A DNA stretch of 64,000 nt from the NCBI GenBank assembly GCA_002189035.1, contig NEEC01000016.1, positions 744,001 to 808,000 on the forward strand, written 5' to 3'. The DNA is from Utricularia gibba (Eukaryota > Plantae > Magnoliophyta). The stretch's first letter is position 1. Each line of letters begins with the position of its first letter. Made by a program: the position numbers and the translations under genes. A model generated the notes under the pieces. The model was not told the DNA's origin. It did not search any database and saw only the letters and a program-made list of their open reading frames with translations. Positions 13,307 through 25,414 of the stretch are shown one piece after another.

Positions 13307-13705
13307 TGATGCTGCCGTTCGAGAGCTGGGTTTTTGAAGTGAAGGCCCGACAGGTTAAAAGGTCCTCACATTCTCCTTTCCAGTCGCCGCAGACGTGCCC
13401 TTACCGGGAACTATTGTAACCCTTCCGGTAGTGACGGCGACATTTCCGGCACCTGCGGTTGCCGGCAAACCAAGAAATCCTTCGGTATGAGATCAATTGG
13501 GGTTCCCAATTCCGCTTCGTAGCATGTGACTTTTAGGATTCGTGTTTAGGAATTAGCGGGAATTGCATTTTGGGCCTGGGCTCCCTCTCACGAAATTAAA
13601 ACAATATTTTAAATCATTTTAATAAATATAATTTTAAATATAAAAATATACTTATTTAATGTTCATTCGTATCACAGATTCTTCGGATGCATTCAAAGCA
13701 TCGCA

Positions 13706-15325
13706 TTAAGCAGGGAGATTAGTAGCAGACGGCGCCGGTCGCACGGACGTCTCTGGCTGATCGTCTTCCTCGTTCTCGCCGGAGAGCTCCTCCAGTGATT
13801 TCCCATTCGGCTCAGGTACTAAGAACGTGAAAAGAAGCCCTAGAGCATTAACACATCCCAGCACAATCAGCGAGTATCTTACTCCGATGCCCGGTGAATA
13901 TCCCTCGTCCGTCTTCGTCGGATCACGAGGCTGCGCGGCATAGAGGAATCCAAAAGCGCCGATGATCCCTCCGGCCTTTCCAGCGGCGGCGGAGATCCCA
14001 TGACATGTGGATCTCAATCTCGCCGGGAAAATCTCCGCCGGCACGACGAATGTGGTCGCGTTGGGGCCGAAATTGGCGAAGAAGAATGTGAATGAGTACA
14101 TGATGATGAATCCGATTCGATTTTCGCGGCGAGTCCAGTGTTCGTAAGGAATGGCTATGGCGAACATGAAGACAGTCATGAAGAAAAAGCCCTGTATCTG
14201 GATAATGAATCGGCCGATTACGTCGATTAGGGCTACGGTGAACCAGTAGCCGGGGACGGTGCTCCAGAGGGCGATTAGGGTTTGTGCGGTGGCGATTCGG
14301 AAGACTTCCTGAACGGCGTTCATGTTCTCCGCCGGCGGGATCCATCCAACGGCCGAGTAAATATCCTTTTGGAAGAGATTCTGGCTGTAGAAGGCGATAT
14401 CGAGTAAGAACCAAGTGGAACAAGTTCCGAGCAAGTGAAGCCCATGGCGGCGGAGGAATTCTTTCGAGAAGAGGCCGTAGTTATGAGATCTCTTCACAAC
14501 GAGTTTCTCTAATTTCTCATCCTCCGCCTCGATTTCCATATTCAACACTCTAGCCATATCCTCTGCTGCCTGTTTCGCATTCTTCGCAACCAGCGCCGTG
14601 TACCGCGCCGTCTCCGGCATCTTCATTCGCCAATAGAATGTCAGAGCCGCCGGAACTGCTCCAAACATGACAATGATCCTCCAAATGTAATCCGCCTGCG
14701 GCGCAGTTGAAGCGATGGGATTATCTCTGTAACTAGGCGCACCATATGCTCGATCAAAGGCCGCAGAGACAATCAGCGCCACAATCCCACTAGTGAGTAT
14801 CCCGAACCCCTGCATTGCAAACACAGCCGCAATGAATGCCCCCCGAGTCTTCTTATTGGCGTACTCCGACATGATCGTGGCCGACAGAGGGTAATCGCCG
14901 CCGATTCCAAACCCGAGCCAGAACCGGAAGAAACAGAGTGTAGCCATCACCCCTGAAGGACTCGATCCAAAAGACAGCCCAGAAGCTAAGGAACACACGA
15001 TCATGAGAAGTAAGGTTGCTCCATACACACTTTTCCTGCCCATTTTATCCCCCAGCCACCCGAAAAACAGCTGTCCGGCGAGAGTTCCGACAAGCGCAAC
15101 GCCCGTAACGGAGGACGAGACGCTCGGAGGGAGCGTTCCCGGCTTCGGCCGCGACGGATCGGTGTAGTAGATCCTCCCAAGAAGCCTGGTAACAAGTGAT
15201 ATGCTGAATAGATCATATGCATCGGTGAAGAACCCCATTCCTGCTATGACTATGGCAGTGAAATGATAGAGCTGAGTCTTTGCTGCGTCCAGCGCATCCA
15301 GGACCTGGAGCTGCTCCCTCCCCAT
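13706..15325 (-). CDS. PHT1: Inorganic phosphate transporter, PHT1 family (MFS), intronless CDS
   Basis: 539 aa with the PHT1 signature [13 protein letters not shown], plus [41 protein letters not shown] and C-terminal [11 protein letters not shown]. Confidence 0.97.
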   Translation of the reverse strand: MGREQLQVLDALDAAKTQLYHFTAIVIAGMGFFTDAYDLFSISLVTRLLGRIYYTDPSRPKPGTLPPSVSSSVTGVALVGTLAGQLFFGWLGDKMGRKSVYGATLLLMIVCSLASGLSFGSSPSGVMATLCFFRFWLGFGIGGDYPLSATIMSEYANKKTRGAFIAAVFAMQGFGILTSGIVALIVSAAFDRAYGAPSYRDNPIASTAPQADYIWRIIVMFGAVPAALTFYWRMKMPETARYTALVAKNAKQAAEDMARVLNMEIEAEDEKLEKLVVKRSHNYGLFSKEFLRRHGLHLLGTCSTWFLLDIAFYSQNLFQKDIYSAVGWIPPAENMNAVQEVFRIATAQTLIALWSTVPGYWFTVALIDVIGRFIIQIQGFFFMTVFMFAIAIPYEHWTRRENRIGFIIMYSFTFFFANFGPNATTFVVPAEIFPARLRSTCHGISAAAGKAGGIIGAFGFLYAAQPRDPTKTDEGYSPGIGVRYSLIVLGCVNALGLLFTFLVPEPNGKSLEELSGENEEDDQPETSVRPAPSATNLPA

Positions 15326-15542
15326 TTCAGATCTGAATCAACACCGCCACCAACAACAACAAAGCATGAATTGAGTGAGCATAGGTACGCACTTTTACAC
15401 AGTTTTTCTAAGATGGCATAGCTCACACACATACCTTAGCAAGAATGAATACGTTACAAGGAAATGATTGATCTTATGCGATTAGAAGAGTAGACGTTAC
15501 CTGGTATTTATTAGGACAGCGTCAGACTTGGAATATTTCGTA

Positions 15543-15550
15543 GCATATGC
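15543..15550. promoter_or_regulatory. P1BS (PHR1-binding site) GCATATGC upstream of PHT1
   Basis: Exact GNATATNC palindrome about 220 bp upstream of the PHT1 ATG, upstream of a likely 5'UTR intron (15333-15434). Confidence 0.7.
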
Positions 15551-15760
15551 TTTGTCACTGCTGTTTATGTTCAGTGTCTAGTTCTAAATGCTTAACCCTA
15601 TTAATCACCTGCTTGAATTGTCTAAAATCTCGCCGAGAAGTTTGACCCACAGTAGGTCTTTCCTTTCCACACCGTGAGGAGGGGATCAAACCAAACACCC
15701 CTTTTTTTCTTTTGTTTGTTTGTACCTCCAAGTCTTCTCATGTCCATCCGTTTGTTTCCT

Positions 15761-15804
15761 TTGTTAACCTTCCTTTTACTGGTTGTTAACCTTCCTTTTA
15801 CTGG
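15761..15804. repeat. Perfect 22-bp tandem duplication TTGTTAACCTTCCTTTTACTGG in the PHT1 upstream region
   Basis: Copies read directly at 15761-15782 and 15783-15804. Confidence 0.9.
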
Positions 15805-16563
15805 TTGGTGGAATTGCAGTAGTCATCTTCCTCCCGTTTCTTCATTTTGATTTACTTTTGAGGTTCTGCCATGGGATGCCCTCATGCTGACATTATTTTG
15901 TTACTCTCAAGCAGGGGCCTGGTTAGTTCTCCCATCTTGAGATACTGTTGATCAGCTACATGTTTTTAATAATCGATGATTTACAGGTTTGATGTAAATC
16001 CCAGTTTAAATCATATATATATATATATATATATATAATTTTTTGTTAATTTGCGTAATATAGTGGAAAAATATCGGATTATTTTTTAATGTGGAATTTC
16101 AAGAGTTTTGTTAAGCGATCAATTTTAAACTCAATAGCGTGTAGTTTCTGATTAGTTCCCCTTGTCAGTTCAAAAGCTATGGCAAGACTTCGCTGCAAAT
16201 TTAGTCACGGCAACCATATCCTTTGTCAAAACAAATCATCATCAATTTTTCCAAATCCTAAACCGGACAAAACTGCCGAGACCGACCGGTTTCATGCGGC
16301 CGGGTCGGGTCTCCGGTTTTGTGGGATTGTGAGTTTCAATTTCCAGGTGTATTTAAATTTATAACCGTCTTGCTCCCTTGCGAGTTGCGAGTTCCGTCTT
16401 GCTCCGATCTCTTTATGGATACAACCTAATTTCTCCTCGTTGGGAACTTCGCGAATACGAGGCCCGAGCACGGTGTGTGTTCTGGTCCTGGAGGATCGAG
16501 CTGAGTTCCGTGACGAATTCACCCTTTTTCCGTAACCCGGGACCTGTGATTGGGTGGAAGAGG

Positions 16564-19500
16564 ATGCTGCAAGGGTTGAAGTTTATACCGCGGGACAAGG
16601 TCGATGGTGTAAGTGCTAACTGCTAAGTGCCCACTGTTCTTATGATTTTTTCGTGTGCGGTATGGATTGCCCCATCATTGGAGCTCTGCATTGAGTTTAT
16701 ACCGTGAAGATATGGCGTTATTCGTGTTGTTGGAAAAGGGTTTGACTTTATCGTAAAGGTTTTGTGGGTTGTTTTAAGTGCTTAGCTTTGTTACATGGGG
16801 CTCTGTAATGTCTTCAGGGACGGGATGACGCACCCGATGGTTCCAGAAAAGGGAAAAGAAAATCTGAGCGTCGAAAGAAACCCAAACGAAGTAAGCATTC
16901 ACGTAGCGATAGCTCTGATGATGAAGGCCTGGAGAGAATAAAGAGTAGGTCCAGAAAGAAAGCAAAATGGTATTCTTCGGAGGAGGAGCTTTCCTCATAT
17001 TCTGAGAGCAGTGGCAAGAGCGAATCTGATCATAGAAAGAGTCGCCGTAGAGACAAAAGATTCCAAAAGGGGCATGATCACACTGGTGATGAGTCTCCTG
17101 CTGACCCTGAAGCCGAATACTTAAATGAGAAACGGATTCCTGAGGGTGAGCGTGAATAGAATGCAGTGCGGTTTGCTATGCAACTCATGCGTGCTTTAAA
17201 AATATGGTATTTGTAAATTTACCAAGACTATCTCTCACACACATTTGGAATGTGAAATCAGATGTTGAAGGATCCAAGTCCCAGAAAAACATTACTTCTA
17301 TGAGGAAAGAAATGGGCTTGGATTGGATGCTTCATTCAAAGGGCAATAAGGAGTTACCTGTTCACCCTCCTCATTCTGAACCAATGAAAGATTCACCTGA
17401 AGTGGTAATGCAGTCTAACTTTTATCATTCTTATGATGTTTTATTTCTCAAGGAGCTCTGTTGTTGATGATATTAGTAAAAAAAATGTTAAAATTTTCAT
17501 TTTTCACTTCCCAGACGGATAACCCTAGAGAACTGAATCCATATCTTAAAAACAACGGGAGTGGGTACCCAGAAGATACTAATCTTGTGGAAAACCGAAA
17601 CAGACTTCTGTCAAGTTCAGTTGTTGGTGATGGTGGTGCTAGCTGGAGGCTTAAAGCTTTGAAACGGGCACAGGAGCAGGCAGCTCGGGAGGGAATGAAG
17701 GTGGATGAGGTATTGATTTGTGATTCCAAAATTTATCATTCAAAGCTTGGTATTAAATGCAATTTTCATTAACAGGTGATTCAAGAACGATGGGGTTCTG
17801 TTGATGACTTGGCAGTTTCTGTTGAGTTGCGGAAAGCTGCACCAGCTTTTGCTCATCTACATGCCACTAAGGGTCGGAGGAAAGGTTTGTTCCCAGATGA
17901 AATGAAACAAGAAGACGAGGAAAATGTTGACATTGAGAAGGTAATCAATAATTCGCCATTTCCCCAATTATGCTTGCAGTTTAACCGTGAACTTGTGTTT
18001 TCCCAACTTTAGATATGGATTCTCTAAGATGTTTCACCCATAATATTGTAGTATTGTTGTTCTTATTATTCTATTTTTTGCATCTTTTTAGTTTAATGGG
18101 AAAAAGGGATGAGGGATAGTCGTCAAAATAGCCAAAAAATGAGAGTACCAAGGGTTGATCAATCTTTGTCTTGGGGGAAGTCAAGGAGACCAAGCATGTC
18201 AACTCCAGATTCAGCAGTTCCCTCTGCTGCTATTTCTAACATCAATAAGTTTTCCAATGATGGGAGTTTCATGGATAAACTTAAGCAAGTGGTGGGCAAT
18301 GCTGATGATCCTGTTAGTACTTCTAGGACTTTTGCTGGACGAGAGTCCAATGAATCTGCGGCACCTAGAGAAGATGCAGATGATGCAGGACATCTGAAAC
18401 TCTCTGGTAGTGCAAATCAGTTGGCTGCCAGAGCTATGCAACTCCGCTTGAAGGGGAAGCATGAAGAAGCCGAGAGTATAATGGTACGAGTTTGTTGACA
18501 TTATTTACTTTTTAGATTACTTTTACCCATTTAACTGTGCCTTTAAAAAGTTTATTTTCCTTCCCGTTTGCATTCATCATTTGGATGCAGTCCGATTTTG
18601 ATCACAAAACCTATAATCTTGCAAAGGTTTTTGTTTTTTTGTTGTATTTCTAAACATCTTCTGTTTCCTTAAATTTTTAAAACTTAGGCGGAGGTCGCGA
18701 AAATGAAGGAAAGGAATGACGCAAGCAATAAATCTAGAAGACCTCATATTGATGCAACATCCAGCAGGTTCTCCTACATCTCTGTTTTTTCTTCTCAGGG
18801 CCTTTTTTTTAATAAATTTTCATCTTATCTTGCTCACCGTTTGACGGGAATTTTCTATTTAATGTGTAGCTTGATCATACATGATTTCTCGGAAAGGAAA
18901 AAGAATAGAGAGGACGATGCTGACGTGCATCTTGCTCAAAAAATCGCGCGTAACAGTCGTTACAGCATATCCAACCAGGCAGACGATGAATACGACTATG
19001 ATGGCAGCCCAAGGAAAAAGGGTCGTAAGAAAAGAGGTGGTGAAGCATCCTCACATGAGATGGTTAAATCTGCTAACCGGTTCTTGACTCAGCAGGAGCG
19101 CTGTGCCTTCTGTTTTGATAATCCAGCAAGGCCTAAACATCTAGTCGTTTCTATTGCAAACTTCACCTACTTATCTTTGCCTCAACAGCAGCCTCTTGTC
19201 CCTGGTCATTCTTGCATTTTGACCTTGCAGGTGAACTTCTTGTAAATATCCCCCATTAAATGTTGCTACCTAGTTTCTGTTGCTCATTCCAAAGCATCTA
19301 TTTTGTTCGTAGTACTTGATGTATGTTTGCTTCATCTTTACAGCATGAACTCTCAACAAGAAACCTCGATGACAATGTTTGGGAGGAATTTCGCAACTTC
19401 AAGAAATGCTTGATAATGATGTATGCAAAGCAGGAAAAGGAAGTTGTGTTCCTGGAGACGGTAATGCAATTGGCAAGACAGAGACGCCACTGTATGGTTG

Positions 19501-19982
19501 AATGCATTCCTTTGCCTCAAAATATCGCAAAACAAGCACCTCTGTACTTCAAGAAGGTGAGCATGTGCTCCTTAAGCTTACACCATATGAACATCTCCTC
19601 GTTTTTGAACGAGTCGAAGTGGTAAACTGCTCTTTTCTTGATGGTGCAGGCAATCGACGAAGCCGAAGAGGAATGGAGCCAGCACAACGCCAAGAAACTG
19701 ATCGACACAAGTGAAAAGGGGCTGCGTGGGTCAATCCCAAAGAACTTCCCATACTTCCATGTTGAGTTTGGTCTGAAGAAGGGGTTTGTACATGTGATCG
19801 AGGACGAGGAACAGTTCAAAGGCAGCAGTTTTGGACTGAATGTGATTAGGGGAATGCTGCAGTTGCCGGCTGAGGACATGCACCGGCGCCGTAGACAAGA
19901 ACCACTCGAAGCACAAAAACAGGCAGTCGCTAGTTTTGCTAGGGAATGGGAGCCATTTGACTGGACCAGGCAGTTGGAGTGA
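16564..19982 (+). CDS. CWF19L2: CWF19-like protein 2 (CwfJ C-terminal domains, spliceosome disassembly), about 10 exons
   Basis: Exon 1 MLQGLKFIPRDKVDG; later exons MGLDWML, DNPRELNPYLKNNGSGYPE, GDGGASWRLKALKRA, EDDAD-HLAQKI, CAFCFDNP, WEEFRNFKKCL, GSIPKNFPYFHVEFG, WEPFDWTRQLE*. One junction near 18092 has a phase problem. Confidence 0.88.
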
Positions 19983-20408
19983 CAGAACACATAGCTACCA
20001 TGTTCTTACGCATCTGCCATAGCTCATGTATCTATACAAGAATGGGGAACAGAACCCTGCTTTGGTTTTTCCTGATTTATATCAATTTTCTGGAGTCCTG
20101 GAAACAGTTTCAAGCAGCCCGAAGCCTGCAAAGGGATTTGATTACCTTGGCTTCTCTCTTTCCCCAATGTTCTTGTGTTTGTAGTATGTGCTACCTAAGT
20201 CCACAAACATCCCTATGTGCTAAAGTACACGAGACTGCATCTCATCTGCAAGTATTTGCATGTGATACACCAATTTTATACATCAGATTTCAATGGAGGC
20301 AGATGCTTTCTCTCCAAATTGGCACAACTAGCCAGAAGTAGCCATTCTTCTTCTGACTGGTAAGTGCTGGCTAACGAACAGTTACAGGATAGGCTCCTCA
20401 TTTACAGT

Positions 20409-23400
20409 TTAGATGGGGATTTCCTCCAGATCTGCATTTTGGTAAAGTAAGCTCCCATCTTCCTCCTGAAAAGTGGCAAGAAATATACAGCATATCAATA
20501 GCCCTCCAACATTGTTTCAATTAACAGAGGCACACACCTCGCTATTATCATCTTCGGTGAGGTAAGCAGTTTCCAGTTTATCATACAGTTCACGGTCGCC
20601 TTGCTCTTTAACAGCTGCCATTTGTTCCTGCAATGATCAAACCAGTGGAAGAAAGCTCAGCAGATGGATTGATGTATATTTTACAAGAATGATCATTGAC
20701 TAAAGACATACAATTTCTGATCTCAGCTGCCTCGCTTTCATTTCCAGCTGTGTAACATGAGTCAGGAGGGCCTGTGCACAAGATCCTTTCAAGTTAACAG
20801 TTCCATTCCAGGAAGAAAGTTGCTATCAGGAGGAATCAAGAGTAGGAAGATGGATTCACCTGACGCCTCTGAAGCTCGATTGATCGTGCTAATGCTTTCC
20901 GTTTTGTCAAGAGGTTCTTAGGCCTCAAGAAAGGTGGCCTTTTGTACTCCCGGCCCCTGTAAACGATTACTGCATACCCCTTTGAGATTTTGTCCACTGA
21001 AACCAGCACTCCTCCACTCTCTGCTTCTAGAGCTAATGCTATGTTCTTCACCTCCTCAATATTTGGAGCCTTCACGATGATCTTAACCAGTTCTCTGTAT
21101 TTCCAATGCAGGTGCATGTTCTCCACCGTGCCGTCGAAAACTCCGCGTCGGCCTGAGAAGAAGAAACCATGCACCAGGTTTTGACATAATTCGCTGAACA
21201 TAAACTAAGTGGATTTCTGATCTTATGTACCCAGAAGTAGAAATGCCTTCATCCTTAAACCAAGCTTCCGAAACATAAACCGTTCCTCATCTGTGATAGC
21301 TTCAGGTTCTCCCGCACGATCAACAGGATTTAAAGACTCCTCGACCTTTGACAAAGCTCTCTCTGCTTTTCTGAGTTTTCTTTCTGCCTGGAGAAATTCA
21401 AGGTTTTAGCTGCTGAGTTATATGATGATGAGCATTCAATACCTGGAAAATGTGAAATGGAAAACCATGAACTTCATATCAAGCGGACTCACAAGAGCAA
21501 GCTTATTCTCAAGCTTCCTGATGATGCTGGCATGCCTAAGAATTTCCTTTTCCCTCATTATCTTTTCCTTGTGAGATTCATCCAGCTCCTTGCTCCATTT
21601 CCTGTCGGCATCAAGGGTTTCTTTAAGAGTACCAGCAGCTGCAGATTCTTCATTGTCTTCTTCACTTGGTGCAACAAAACCTGATGCTCTCAACCGTGCT
21701 TGTTCTTCTTCATCCTGCAGAGCCTTAGCTAATCTCTCCTTCTCCAATAATGCCTCAGCAACATCAGTAGATAAAAAATCCTTTCCTCTATAATACACCA
21801 AGAAATCCTTGTTTCGCGAAAGCAGCTTACCCCCAGTTAATATCTGTATCAACCATTCAGATTGCATTACACAACAAGAAATCATGAAAAAATGATTTAA
21901 CTTCTTGTCATTGGATAAGCTACTTTTTCAGCCTGCTCATTTCTCATGCACATTGATGAGCATGAGGTAGGATAAGCTACTAAAAACAATGCATCACCTT
22001 TAGATCTTCAGCCATTCTCTCACTTGTTGTCAGCTGAACACCTCTTTTAAGGGCGATTTTTGCAATTGAGCTTTTTTCCCAAAGTTTTACCATTGCTGCA
22101 GCTAATCCTTGATGCTGCCTGCTTCTTCCTGGAGGTTGTGGAATGCAGTATGATACTATTGAACAAGATTATCAAGAATGCAGCAGTTCAGTGAAAGGAG
22201 AATATACCAAGAGCAAAATGTGGAGGGAGCCCTCTAGCAAGCCGTCTCAAGGCAGTTGCCTCCTTTGTCCCTAATGTTGATCTAACGCCATAAGGAAGCA
22301 GTCGAAAGGGAGGCTTATAGCCTGGAATAACACCTGGTAGCAAATCAGCATCTACAGGAAGAGGATCATCTCCAGGCCAATCTTCATATCTTGGCCCAAG
22401 GCAGTCTAATAGCTTTTCAACTTCTTCCTCATATCGTACAAAGGATGTTGTTCCAGTACTTTTGCTGTCTTGCTTGATGGTAACTGGCCTGTGCTCTGGT
22501 TCTTCGGCATCATCTGAGAGTGTGCCGGCATCTCGACCAGTTTCGTTGGTGGGAGATCTGAACTCCTGAGATCCTTCAATTTTCTTAACAAGTCGTTTCT
22601 CTAATTTTACAGGAGGATCTTCATAAGTCACACCTCTGTAAAGTGCAACAGATGTACCAGATCGCCAGATAACCAAACCACCAGTTTTCCTCTGACACGC
22701 AGAAAAACAAATCCATTTTAGATGGAAAAATCGAACACAGAAGGATAAATGCATGGGAGATAAAGAAAGCAATATTCAAGCAAACTGAAGCTTCTACACA
22801 TACTGGAATATTACTCATGAAAGTTCCTACATTTAGGTACAGCAAGTGGATTACAATCTGCAAGCAACATTACTTTGACAGTGCAAACAAAAAGAGTCAA
22901 CATTCCATGAAGAACTGAAAGAAAGATTCACATTTTTAATAAGAACTTCACCTCCAGAATCCCATGAATTCGTTTCATGTTAAGTGCATGAGGCCCCTCG
23001 ATCTTCAACCTGACAACTTCAGATGTTTTCCACTTCTGATGAATAGCCTCCACAATCTCTTGTGTCACTCCAGCACTTCTAATCTTAGTCTTGTTCTTTA
23101 TCTTGAGCGTCAAATTCCTCAGTCTAGTAATCTCAGACTCCGGCAGAGTCATTTCTGCTAAACTACGGGTCTTTCGGCTATCCAAGCTTCTCTTTTTTTC
23201 ATCTGGTTCACTTTTCTCCCATGGAAATCTCACTCTTGCATCCAGACTTTCATCTCCAAATGGGAACCTCTCAGAAAACCCACCTCTAGAATTAGGCAAA
23301 AGTCCTTCTACATAGAATATTTCATCTAACAACCCTTTTTCAGTAATATCATTCTTATCATTAGCATCACCATCTTCATCATCCATATAACCAAATTTCT

Positions 23401-23854
23401 TCAACTTTTGGACAATCCTCTGCATCGTACTACCACCAACGCTAGTACTAGTACCTTCCTCAGCATCGGAACTCGAAACCTCACCGGCATTCCTATAATA
23501 CGCCGAAGCCCGAGACTTGCTATCTACATTTTTCATCGGCGGCGTGGCATTCCAACTATCCAACCAAGAAACCGATGGCCCGGCATTTTTTGGCCGCGGG
23601 AAAAGTTTTTCATCTGTGAAATTCCATTCCTCCCTCTTGCTCCTCCTCAAAAAGTCAAATCTCCTGTGTGGATTCTCCCTTGCGTTCCTGAATTTAGAGA
23701 CAGTGGGCTCGGAGGCGGCACCACGAAATTGCTTCCGGGAATGAAGTGACGAACAGTATCCCAATAACTGCAGCCTCCTTCCATGGAATTCGGGGACCGA
23801 GTCCAGAAAAACACCGCTCTTCGGACAAAGCTGATACCCAGGCATCGCAACCAT
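20409..23854 (-). CDS. CFM3: Chloroplast CRM-domain group II intron splicing factor CFM3-like, about 9 exons
   Basis: Three CRM domains: [24 protein letters not shown]...[28 protein letters not shown]...YRGKDF, and [25 protein letters not shown]...YRGREYKRP. Hand-spliced to ...EEIPI* with TAA at 20409-20411. Confidence 0.88.
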
Positions 23855-24469
23855 CCTCGTTTCGAATCACTTCCTTGAACCCATCCACTCAAAAATCAAA
23901 TCTTGACAACAAGAATAGATTTTTAGATGAATATACCTCAAAAAAATTTTGGCCAGATGAGGTGAAAATTGTAATGAATTATTAAGAAAATAAATATAAT
24001 AACATAATTTTTTATTGTTTTATTTTACTTCTATGTATCTGATTTTCAATGAAATTATTTATCAAATAATTATATTAAATTTTTAGTTGATTGAAAAATT
24101 ACCTATTTAAATTTAAGGGTGTATTTTGATAACATCACTTCAAGTTACAATCAATATAAATAGTTTGACGTTCAAGTTTTAAAATTACATCATAAATCTT
24201 TTAACTTATTTTTTTTGTAAACAATTTGACTCTAAACTTATAAAATTACATATTTAACTCTTTATATTATTAAAACTAATCTATTTTGATTCTAATGTCA
24301 AAATGTGATATATTGTCTTACTTTTACATCAAAATATAGCATTCAAAATTTCTATTTTTTTAATTGTGATGGTCTTACTCACATCAAACTCCAAATATTA
24401 CAAGATATAAACACAAAATAACATTAACATGATATTGATGAGGTACAAATCAGATATGGTTAATCAATC

Positions 24470-24892
24470 TGTGAAAATCTATTAAAAGGTGTTCTGATGT
24501 GATAGTGTTGGCCGACATACCGATACGCGCCAGAGACACAATTTGAAAAGTGGGTGAATTATAGCAGAGTAGACGACGATTTTTTGAAAAGCAGGATAGT
24601 AATACCAGCGTAGAAAACAACCGATAATTATAGAAGTTAGGATTCGGTCAAATCGACCTCTCCTATAAGTAGGAGAAATCCTGGACGAAAAAAGGGTTGA
24701 ATCCCTAGCTTTCCAACTAATATTTTCTACTCTCACATCTGTCTAATAAAGATTTTCTTAAACGAGCTCCGATAGTTTCGTGGTTTTCATTGTTTCCACG
24801 TAAAAAATTTCCGCCTCTTTTTATTTCAGTAAACCGCATCAAACAACGCATTCAAACCATACTCAGATCCGATGCATCCGGCCATTTTCACA
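24470..24892 (+). mobile_element. Copia-type LTR, solo and degenerate (about 423 bp)
   Basis: 9-bp terminal inverted repeat TGTGAAAAT...ATTTTCACA, a CCTATAAGTAGG TATA-like motif, and a U5-like GTGGTTTT...GTTTCCACGTAAA motif typical of copia LTRs. Homologous to 32279-32696. No clear TSD. Confidence 0.65.
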
Positions 24893-25414
24893 AAACTGAA
24901 AATCAATTCTGATCTCTGTGTCGATTTTCAACCACAACAAATATCATTCAATTTACTGAACTCTAAAAGTAAATGTAAAAAATACTAACATAAAATTTTG
25001 TTATATTTGAAAATAGTTTACAATATTGTGAATTGATTCATTTTTTAAAAATTTTGAAAATTGTTTAGATAGTCATTGTATGGTTATGAAATTTTGAGGT
25101 TTTTTGTGATTTTAAAACTTAAAAAGTTTAAATTTTTTATGCTGATTAAAAATTGAAGCGTGTTTTTATTATAATTTTATCTTAAATTTAATTAGTTTCT
25201 AAATAAATTATATGACAAAATATACTTTTATTTAATTACAATATATATTATTATATTAATATTTGTGATAATAGATCACTATAGCAACATCATAATATTG
25301 TAAATATTAATTACAATATATGATCTATGTTCCAGCTGAAGGAAAATAGATGATTATAGCAACATCATTAGTGATATATTATTCTTAATGACGATTTATT
25401 GCTCCATAACCAGT

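Noticed and set aside
16216-16224. ATATCCTTT matching a U12 AT-AC donor
   Set aside because: It is upstream of the CWF19L2 start with no matching branch point or acceptor; likely chance.
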